The notes beneath the pieces are model-generated. The model searched no databases, was not told the DNA's origin, and saw only the letters and a program-made list of their open reading frames with translations. A DNA stretch of 64,000 bases, taken from positions 3,658,001-3,722,000 of the forward strand of contig JBLDXI010000029.1 in assembly GCA_047495785.1 (NCBI GenBank), in the 5' to 3' direction. The translations under genes were made by a program, and so were the position numbers. Positions 35,101-44,500 of the stretch are shown piece after piece. The stretch's first letter is position 1; every line of letters starts with the position of its first letter. This DNA is from Lepidodermella squamata. Lineage: Eukaryota; Animalia; Gastrotricha.

Positions 35101-37165
35101 GAAAATCGCCGAACCACTGATCGCACTCACAAGGAAAAGCGAAGAAAAGTTCGAGTGGAATAAGGCGACCCAAGAAGCCTTCGAGGCACTCAAGGGTTTC
35201 CTAGTAAGCCCACCAATTCTTGGCTACCCGCAATTTGAAAAACCATTCAAAATCTACTCGGACGCATCAAATTGGGCCATCGGAGCGGTACTGGCACAAG
35301 ACCAGGCGGACGCCGACGGCACCATAAGAGAAGTGGTAATAGCATACGCGTCGAGACAGCTGACCAAAACCGAACGAAACTACTGCGCGACAGAACGCGA
35401 ACTTCTCGGAATATATTGGGCAGTAAAGACATTCCGACCCTACATCCGAATAAATGACATCGTCTATCTTTACACCGACCACAACCCCATCGTGCAGCTG
35501 GACCAGGCGCGGGACAGCACCGGGAAAATGGCTCGGTACAAAATGCTTTTGCAAGAATACAACATTCAGTACATCTACAAACCGGGCAAGACTCATACAA
35601 ATGCCGATGGGTTGTCGCGGACTCCACCGAACACGAGTGGCAAGGAAGGCGAACAAACAATACCGGCAATCCTCAGCCTTCAATTCGCGAATGAGTTAAG
35701 TACGGAAAACATTGCACGAGAGCAACAGCAGGACTCGAAAATCCAAAATCTCATAAATGACTGCAAGGCGGGACGAACTAAGATGTACACGTTCGAAAAT
35801 CAGCTACTGCGATTCAAATCAAGGCGAGAAAAGGGACCGGCAGAGGTAGTAGTACTGCCGGAAACACTGATTCAATCGGCAATCAAGCAAGCCCATTTAG
35901 AGCTGGGACATTTGGGAGCCGATAAAACGTGCGAGCACCTCAAGAACCGATTCTACTTCGCAGAGATGGAAGAAAGGACAAAGCGGACAATCGACTGCTG
36001 TGTACCATGCCAAAGGAGGAAAGAGCCGCAAGCCGATGTCGTACCCATGCAACATATAGCGGAAGCAGAGTACCCACTGCAGAAAGTATGTTGGGACGTC
36101 GCAAAACTAATCACGTCTTATAGCGGAAACAACTGCGTGCTGTTTATTGGGGACATTTTCACAAAGTATGTCAAAGGGTACCCCATGAAAAACGAGCAAA
36201 CAGCAACGATCGTACGACACTTCCTTCATTTCGTGAGCGAGCACGGTTGCATCGAGTCCATCCACAACGACCAAGGGCGGAACTTCGAGAGCCGAACCAT
36301 CACGGAACTTTGCAAAGCAATCGGCATCGAAAGGACAAGGTCCACGGCGTACCACCCTCAGGGTAACGGGTTCATCGAAAGATTTAACCGAACGGTGAAG
36401 GCCATGTTAGCCAAGGTGATCGACGAAAAGCAACGCGACTGGGATGTGCAATTACCGTGGAAGCTACAAGCCTACAACGCGGCAAAGCAAGATTCAACAG
36501 GCTATACACCCTACTTCCTGTTCCATGGAAGGCCCTTCCGATTCCCAACGGATGTCCTCCTCCAAAACGCGCCAAAATTCCGCAGTACGGACGCGTACGC
36601 AATCGAGATAAACGAACGGTTGCGAAAGGCTTACGCCGACACAAGAGCAAATGCGGAAGCGGCCCGTACAAAACAGAAGGCACAACACGACAAAGGAAGG
36701 AAGGAGCGAGAGGGCTTTACGATCGGCGAGCTCGTCCTCCTCCACGAACCACTACGGCAGCTTCACCTGTCCAGAAAACTGCACTGCCCATACACCGGGC
36801 TGTATACGATTGTCGCGAAGACAGGGCCGGTGACGTATGCCATTCGGTTACTGGACGGGCGGGCACCTAGCCGAATAGTTAACCTGGCTAGACTCAAACC
36901 GTTCAACGCGGACGAAGTCGAAACAATTCGAGAAGCCGCGGGACTCGTACCTGAGGAAATCGAAGAAGGGGAAGGGCCACCCCTAGGTATCGAGGACCCG
37001 AACGGCGAGATCATAACGGCACCGGTAACGGCAGACGCCACAGTAGAAGAAATGAGGCAGCAGTGCCCGGACGCGGGGATAGCAGAGGAACCCGAGGAGG
37101 TGGGTGGCGAGCGACCCAAACGAGCAAGGAGACAGCCTGATTTCTATCAGGCGGGGCAAGAGTAG
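32136..37165 (+). pseudogene. gag-pol: Gag-Pol of copy 1 with a single-base frameshift in RT (~34714)
   Basis: Same as 41545-46572 except AATGGAAG vs AATGGGAAG and a 3-bp indel at ~32460. Confidence 0.85.
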
Positions 37166-37200
37166 CTTTTAGTCAACCCCTTAATCTTTTGTTTTATAGA

Positions 37201-39891
37201 ATGTTGAAACCTAGTAACCTAGTAATAGTATTCGCGCTCTGGCACCACGCCGAGGGTGCGGAGCTACCACCCATTTTGTTCCCTAGAGCACTAGTAAGAG
37301 GCGTGCACAAAGGGTCGTTGTTCGAATTCAAGCACACGCTGCTATTCGCGGGCGGGGAAGAAGTACCATTTCGCGAAATATGGAACGAGCCAGATCCGTC
37401 AGTACGAGCATTCGCAGAATACTTTCTGGAAACAGAGCACCTTCTCATGCCACCACCTTTGGACGAGCTAAAGCGATGCTCATCGTTTCCGTCAACGTCA
37501 ACATGCTTCAACTTGGTCGGCTTCTCCGAAAAAGAATGCATCGTCAAACGAACTAAATACCCTAAACAATGCGCACTGGGAAACCCAACGACGACACCAA
37601 GAAAACAAAGGGTGCGACGAGCAGCTCACACGTTAGCAGAAGAGTCGGGCGAAACCGGCAACGAAACCACAATCGATCCAGAAACCCCACCAACGCCGGC
37701 AACCGCGGTGAACGCCACATCAATAATCACAAAAGTCACCACACCAACAACAGTAACGGCCGGCGTAACAACCGGCACACAAAGGACAAGCACGCCGAAA
37801 GCTACTGCGACCCGTAAGGTCCGAATAACGGCGAAGACAGCGACGACGCAAACCGTCACGGGCGTCGAATCGCCAACTGCGCGACGTAGTACGACCGGAG
37901 TTCAAAGTAGCGAGGCAAAGGCGGTTACCAAGGCGCAGGGCGAGCGCGGCGGGTCCAGAACCGTCCCGGGGACCACCACGCCGAGCACGGACGCGCCAAC
38001 AAAACGGAAAGGGGTCAAAAGGTCAGTTTCTTGGTTTTGCTCCAACTACTTCACAAGACTAATCTACACGGCGTTGGGTAACACCTGCGAAGAGGGAGTC
38101 GGCGAGGCAACGATGGGTACGGTACGAGAAGCCAGTGCGATAATGAAGGACGAGCAGAAAGGCATACGAATCAACGGAAAGACAAGTACCATCCTGGGAG
38201 AAGAAATCCACGACGTCGTCAACGGCCTGAAAAACAAAACAGAGGCAATGACGCAGCTGACGGATCAATTGTTTAACGACGATAAGAAATTGCAGCAATT
38301 CGCGGCGGCGCAGATGAGAGTCAATTCGCATCTCTATCACGAAATGCTAAAAATGTCACGAATGCTACGAATAACCAACATCATGCAAACAGCGTCCACT
38401 CGATCACTGAGGCTGCAAGACATACCACAGGGTTTTCGGGCGGCAATACGAAGAGACATCAAAAGAAAGGTGTCCGAGGAGAGCAAAATGTACGAAGCGG
38501 TCGTTACCAACAAACTTCCACTACTACTAAACCCCCGGTACGAATTCACCGCAGGAGATAACAACTTACAAGCCATGCTAATGGTAGACATACCGATTGT
38601 AGAGGGGCCGCAATGCGAAATGTACGAACTGGAGCCACTGGCAATGAAGATAAACGACACGTGTATATCGGCTACAAGACAGCATTTTCAGGAAGTTATC
38701 GCTATTAAATGTAATGGAGCCACAAAACTCGTGAACAAAATCGCGCTGGAAGAATGCGAAACCATTACGAATTGGGGAATAGTGTGCCCAACGGGGACTG
38801 GCGGATACGGCGCAAGACCAGCGTGGGCACAGGAAGATGATTCAGGAGCACCAGCGTTGCTCATCGAAACCCCGAATACTGAAAAGCAAGAACGAACCGT
38901 ATGTGACACAACGATGGGAGCTATCGAGGTCGGCGATCGAAGGTTTTTGTTAACACGGGAAATGGAATACGCGATCTTGCGACCGGAAGTCGAGCCATAT
39001 CAGATGGCGTTCGAAGGACAAACCAGGCGATACAAAGGTAAACCCGGACAAATCATCCAGCTACAGTGCCAGCAGAAATTGGGGGAGCTACGATACATCA
39101 GCGAAGACGAGGAAGGTAAACCGTACGAGCACTGGGTGGTGCAAGGAAGCAGAGCAACGCGGAGATGTTCCGACGGGGAACTCGAGGGACATGGTTTTCT
39201 CAAGATATACGACAATGAAACGGTAGAAGTAATCGGCGAGGAACAGGGATCTTTCGAAAAGCACGCGGCCGAACAAGAAGCGCGAATTTCGGAATTACGA
39301 CGACAATGGAAAGATAGTTCGTGGCTCGACAAATTGACAAAACGGGATGAAGTTATTAAGCAACTGGGAATTGAAGCGGTGGCCAACGGGCATTCGGCAG
39401 ATGAACACATCAAGAAAATGCAAGGCTATATGGCACAAATGAAGACAGAAGAGCATTTTGATTTTTGGGAAAAATGGACTATCCGGGTTGGGCTCACGGT
39501 AACATTCATCATCGCATTGGCAGATCTCTTTATAGCAATCGGACTGGCATACGGCATTCAAATGACAAATTCAGTAAGCAGGATACCGATCCGGCAACTG
39601 GAGGTTAGCAAAAAGACATTGGGGCCGGAGGAAATTGAGGCATCCGCGCCACTGCTTACAAGCCGGATACTGAACGATAACGGCAAAACAGCCAGAATTG
39701 ACTATCGAAAGACCGCGAAAAATCCACACGCTGAACTAAATGCGCAAGAACTGGAGGTTTATCGGCGATTGCAATATCGCTTACCCGAAACAAGCCCGGC
39801 AGAACTAACCGGTTGGATTCTGAACATCGCAAAAACGAACGGACTGTGGAGCGATGATCAAACAATGAAAAACTTCATCTGCACGGCCTAA
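37201..39891 (+). CDS. env: Envelope glycoprotein (class I fusion-protein-like), copy 1
   Basis: Splice acceptor at 37199 directly before the ATG; signal peptide; RVRR and RKGVKR basic sites; heptad repeat; Cys-rich region; C-terminal TM; N-glycosylation sequons. Confidence 0.85.
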   Translation: MLKPSNLVIVFALWHHAEGAELPPILFPRALVRGVHKGSLFEFKHTLLFAGGEEVPFREIWNEPDPSVRAFAEYFLETEHLLMPPPLDELKRCSSFPSTSTCFNLVGFSEKECIVKRTKYPKQCALGNPTTTPRKQRVRRAAHTLAEESGETGNETTIDPETPPTPATAVNATSIITKVTTPTTVTAGVTTGTQRTSTPKATATRKVRITAKTATTQTVTGVESPTARRSTTGVQSSEAKAVTKAQGERGGSRTVPGTTTPSTDAPTKRKGVKRSVSWFCSNYFTRLIYTALGNTCEEGVGEATMGTVREASAIMKDEQKGIRINGKTSTILGEEIHDVVNGLKNKTEAMTQLTDQLFNDDKKLQQFAAAQMRVNSHLYHEMLKMSRMLRITNIMQTASTRSLRLQDIPQGFRAAIRRDIKRKVSEESKMYEAVVTNKLPLLLNPRYEFTAGDNNLQAMLMVDIPIVEGPQCEMYELEPLAMKINDTCISATRQHFQEVIAIKCNGATKLVNKIALEECETITNWGIVCPTGTGGYGARPAWAQEDDSGAPALLIETPNTEKQERTVCDTTMGAIEVGDRRFLLTREMEYAILRPEVEPYQMAFEGQTRRYKGKPGQIIQLQCQQKLGELRYISEDEEGKPYEHWVVQGSRATRRCSDGELEGHGFLKIYDNETVEVIGEEQGSFEKHAAEQEARISELRRQWKDSSWLDKLTKRDEVIKQLGIEAVANGHSADEHIKKMQGYMAQMKTEEHFDFWEKWTIRVGLTVTFIIALADLFIAIGLAYGIQMTNSVSRIPIRQLEVSKKTLGPEEIEASAPLLTSRILNDNGKTARIDYRKTAKNPHAELNAQELEVYRRLQYRLPETSPAELTGWILNIAKTNGLWSDDQTMKNFICTA

Positions 39892-40190
39892 GACACAGAG
39901 ATAAGTAAGAAAATCAGCAGGAAGACATTACATCTTTTGTTTTAGTGTGCTTGGCTTGAAAATTTTGTTAAAGTATTGAAGAGATGACTCAGCGTGCGGA
40001 TGTCAATAGATAATCAATAAGTGCGCTCATAAATAATGTAGCCAGCAAGCGCAAACAAATTGTCGATAATGCTTATAAGTAAGAAAGCTTAAAAGTTTAA
40101 GTTACAGTGTGAAGTATTCTTGTACGTAAAATACTTACCGTGTGCAGTAACTTAGAGTGCTATCAAAGCTCGTAGCATCGCGACTCACAA

Positions 40191-41000
40191 ATGGAAAACG
40201 GATTCCAACATTTCTTTAACTTCGAGCTAAGGGTTATCGCTCAGGTTGGCTCCTTAGAAACGGTCGACGGGCTTGTCTCTTTCGTCGAAGGGATAATACA
40301 AGATTATATAAATCATCATCGCGGCTCGCCGACACGTCCAACAAACGGAGCAATGCGCGAATTGGCCGAACGGGCAGTAAGACGGGTGTGGCTGCAGCGC
40401 ATTCGTGAAATGGGCGGATGGGTCGACGCGCTGCAGTTAACACCGGACTCGTGGGCAGTGGGGAACCACCCGTTTTGGGCGGCTAGTTACCCCTTGACAC
40501 TAAACGACGACATCATCCGATTAGCTGAGAGATACAGGGACACGATCCAAGGCCGATTGATGGCGGCTTTCGATCAAGTATTGGGCGCCGTCAACGCGCC
40601 AGGAATACCGATAGCAGAGGTGGTTGCCGAAATACCAAACCACGAAGAAGAAAACGAGCGGTCAGATAGCGAGGGCGAAGGATTGATGACGGTGGACGAG
40701 GAACCTCCCTCATATGAAGAAGCAATGAGGGCGATACAGCAAGAGGCCACAATGAGCCCACGAGACGACGCCGAGACTACGGAAGACGACGGCGTTATCG
40801 AAACGACGCCCGAATCAGAGGAAGAACACGGCGTAAAAAGAGGGCGGCTCGAAGATCAGCCATCAACCAGCGCAGAAAGGCCAGCGGATGGCTACGACGG
40901 CAGCTGCAGTGAGCGTGCCATTATGCTTAGCTCGGAGTCAAGTTCAGACAGCGAGAACGACGCAGTCGAGCCAAATCAAAAACGCATAAAAAGGGTGTGA
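40191..41000 (+). CDS. ORF3 accessory protein (Bcl-2-core-like N-half, acidic tail, PPxY, C-terminal NLS-like motif)
   Basis: 269 aa sense ORF between env and the PPT; IREMGGW, PPSY, KRIKRV. Confidence 0.7.
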   Translation: MENGFQHFFNFELRVIAQVGSLETVDGLVSFVEGIIQDYINHHRGSPTRPTNGAMRELAERAVRRVWLQRIREMGGWVDALQLTPDSWAVGNHPFWAASYPLTLNDDIIRLAERYRDTIQGRLMAAFDQVLGAVNAPGIPIAEVVAEIPNHEEENERSDSEGEGLMTVDEEPPSYEEAMRAIQQEATMSPRDDAETTEDDGVIETTPESEEEHGVKRGRLEDQPSTSAERPADGYDGSCSERAIMLSSESSSDSENDAVEPNQKRIKRV

Positions 41001-41100
41001 AATATTCCATTTGTAAGTTTACGATTGCTAGGGCTTTAGTGAGAAATTTTGTTTGTGTGAAACATGATGCGGTGAAAAATCTATTTGAGGACAAATAGGT

Positions 41101-41117
41101 GAGTGGAGGGGGAGCTA
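41101..41117 (+). other. Polypurine tract
   Basis: GAGTGGAGGGGGAG just upstream of the LTR at 41118. Confidence 0.85.
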
Positions 41118-41401
41118 TGTGACCCTGGCGCATGGACAACTAATTGTCTATTCTGAAGGATCATCACCAGGCAAAGCTAAGCAACAGTAACTGTTTATGC
41201 CACGCTACCAGGAGACGCTAACAACAAACCAATAACAAACCAACAACAATCCAACAACAGAAGCTTCTAGAAGCTCCCAGCCCCTCAGCCGCTGCCTATA
41301 TAAACTTCCTCATTTGTGTGATAAAGTACTACTCACCAGAGTATATTAATAAAGCACTTGCTTAGCCAATCCAGTCTCTTGTAACCCTGAACCCAGTTAC
41401 A
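41118..41401 (+). repeat. Shared central LTR (3' LTR of copy 1 and 5' LTR of copy 2)
   Basis: Matches 31709-31992; preceded by the PPT and followed by the PBS. Confidence 0.97.
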
Positions 41402-41544
41402 TAACTGGTGGCAGCGGTTGGTCTAGTAGCCCTCCGCTCTCAGCTCTCAGAAATTTTAAAACCGCGATAACTCTCTAGTCCCTACTTGTCTTCTCGTCAA
41501 AAGCATCAACTTCGCCATTCATAAGGTAGTTATCCTTCCTCAAG

Positions 41545-44500
41545 GTGACCACCAGGGCAAAGTATCAGGAACAAGGGATTCCCTTGAAGGACGGTAAGAC
41601 ACCTCCAAAAGCAGCAAAACCCAAGACTAACAAACGGGCAGTGGATAACCTTAAAGAAGAACCTTTGGAAGAGGGAACCCTAGAGAATCTATTGCTCCCC
41701 ACAGAAAACTCTTCTTTAACCAAGAGCTCACCGAACCCGCAGGAACAGCGGCCTAGCTTCTTGCAAGCAGCAGGAAAATTTATAGCAAACAGCTTAAAGC
41801 GATCAAGCACGATCAGAGAAGACGAGTCACCCAAGGTCGCGAACGTCGTTAACGAACCAACTATCAACCCACCAACTCCAAAAGGAAAGAAAAGTCTATC
41901 GTCCAAAGTAGTAAAGAAGACGGCAATGGCAGACTACAAAATACCAGCGTCAGTAACCTTCAAACATATCGAACCATTCGACGTTTCATCAGTGGCACGA
42001 TTCGAGGAATCATTCGCAAAATTTGAAGCCGCAGCAAGAGCGGCTGGGGCCAAAGAGCCGGCGGCGGGCACCGACCCGTTCGCCGAAGGTGACAAACGTC
42101 TGACATTTGGAGGCGCACGAACAATGGTCCGCTGCCTCCTGCCGGTACAGTACCAGGAAGATTGGCAGGACAGCTTTCTGGACCAACTCACAACTTACTC
42201 AAAAATCCGGCAGAAAATTATGGAAGTGGTGGGACTTAACGTCAATAAACAAGCTCAACGCGAGGCGTTCGTCAAACGACGCCAACAGAAAGGCGAGACA
42301 CCAAGAGAATTTCAACGAGAGCTGAAGCGGCTGGGGAAATGGGCGGAGATGACCGACGACGCGGGCTTCAGCAAGCTGCTAGCAGACACGTTTAAGGCGG
42401 GACTCCAACGAGAGTACCGCGCGTTCATCTACGACCATCCAGATGAGGACGAGCCGATCAACAACGACGATCCCAATTGGCTTCTCCAACAATGCGACAA
42501 ATACGATCAAAGAAAGCAGATCGTGGGCGAGGAACTGCTTGGTATCCATCAATTGTCAATAACAGACTCGGAGAAAACCTGCTACGGGTGCCAACAAAAA
42601 GGACACATACGGCGGAATTGCCCAAACCAAAGGCAGCAAGTTGCGCGCGGCGGACCCCCTCGTCAGATTCGATGGCCAATGAACCAATTAAGAACGAGTA
42701 ACTACCGAAACGGTACAACAAAAGATTGCTGCTGTTACAACTGCGGACGGCCGGGACACTACGCAAAAGACTGCAGAGCCTCGGGGAACCAGGACGGCAA
42801 CGGAAGGTTTCGACAGCCAACCACAACGCCAAGAAGAAACCCACCACCAGGTCAGAGAAGATACTTCCCGGTTCGCATGCTAGCGGTAAATAGCCTGGGG
42901 GACAGAAGTATGACCTTGGATGCTCAAGCAAATGGGAAAACCGTGCGATTCGTGGTCGACACGGGAGCGGCGGTTAGCGCAATCAGAGCCGATCTGGTTG
43001 ATCCAAGAAAAGTGGCAATGCGTGAAATGGCGGCAGTAAACGCGGATGGGTCCGAAGCCACGATAAAAGGACAAGCATCTATCGAACTGGCTGCGGGACC
43101 GTTCAAAACAAAACAACCGTTCGTCGTAATGGAGGCGCTAAATGCGGAAGGCCTCCTAGGGTTCGACTTCATCAAAGACAATGGTATCATAGTCGACATA
43201 CCACGGAACAGACTGTTGTGGAACCACACGGTGATACCCTGCAAGGCAACACAAGGCCCCGCAGCATTACGACTCCCGATGAGGGCAGTACGTATGGCAC
43301 AAGAACAAATCATTCCGCCGGGGGCAAGGTCAACCGTGCTGTGTAGCGTTCCAATGGTTAAGGACGGCGAGACGGTCCTCTTCAAGCCGGAAAACTCCAT
43401 GGGCAACGAAGAACCGACCTTGGTTTACGGACACACGGTGGATACGGTCAAGGACGGGAAGGTGCGCGTAACAGTCTTTAATATCGGCACCAACCCAGAG
43501 AAAATACGCCCAATGACAGCCATCGGATGCGTGGAAAAAGTCGACAACAGCCAAATAAGGGCGACAAGGCGAAACGACACGCAAGGAAGTGGGGAACCCA
43601 AAGTCGACCTGTCATCAAAAATGCTGACGGAGAACCAGCGCCGCCAGGTCAGAAATTTGATAAAAAGATACGCTGACATTTTCAGCAAGGACGACGACGA
43701 AGTCGGACATTGCCCCTTCATCGAGCATAAGATCCGAGTATCAGGACCTCCGTTTCGACAACCACTCCGGCGCTCTACACATGAAGAACGCGAGATCATG
43801 CGCCGCGAGGTAGAAAGAATGGAACGAATGAAGGTCATAAGACCAAGCAACAGTAGTTGGGCAAGCGCAGTATGTTTGGTTAGAAAGAAGGACGGCAAGT
43901 ACCGTTTCGCGATCGATTACCGCGTCCTAAACAAGCGGGTACACGAAGCAGGGTACGCAGACCCATTCCCATTACCAAGAATCGACGACACTCTCGAGGC
44001 GCTGGGCGGAGCAGCCTACTTTTCAACGTTCGACCTTCAATCAGGGTACTGGAACGTCCCGATGGAAGAGAAGTCGAAGGCGTATTCGGCGTTCATAACA
44101 CCATGGGGCCTATTCGAATGGGAAGTCATGCCCTTTGGATTGTCCAACGCCCCGGCAACGTTTCAACGACTAATGCAGTACGTATTCCACGGAATACTCT
44201 TCGAAGAAGTCCTGATCTACTTGGACGACATCATCGTCTTCTCCAAATCATTCGAGGAGCACATGGTACGCCTCGAGCATACGTTCGAAAGAATCCGAAA
44301 AGCGGGACTCAAAATGAAGCCGTCAAAATGCCACATCGCTCAGGAAGAGGTCGAATTCCTGGGATACCTGGTATCCGGAAAAGGCGTCCGACCCGACCCT
44401 AAGAAGACAGCTCCGGTCATCGACTACCCGGTACCTAAAGACGTGTCTCAAGTAAGGTCGTTTCTGGGCGTATGTTCCTACTATCGACGGTTCATCAAAA

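Larger units (their letters stand above)
31709..41401 (+). mobile_element. Env-bearing Ty3/Gypsy LTR retrotransposon, full-length copy 1
   Basis: 284 bp LTRs (TG...CA) that look identical, PBS, PPT, gag-pol in PR-RT-RH-IN order, env and ORF3. Confidence 0.97.
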
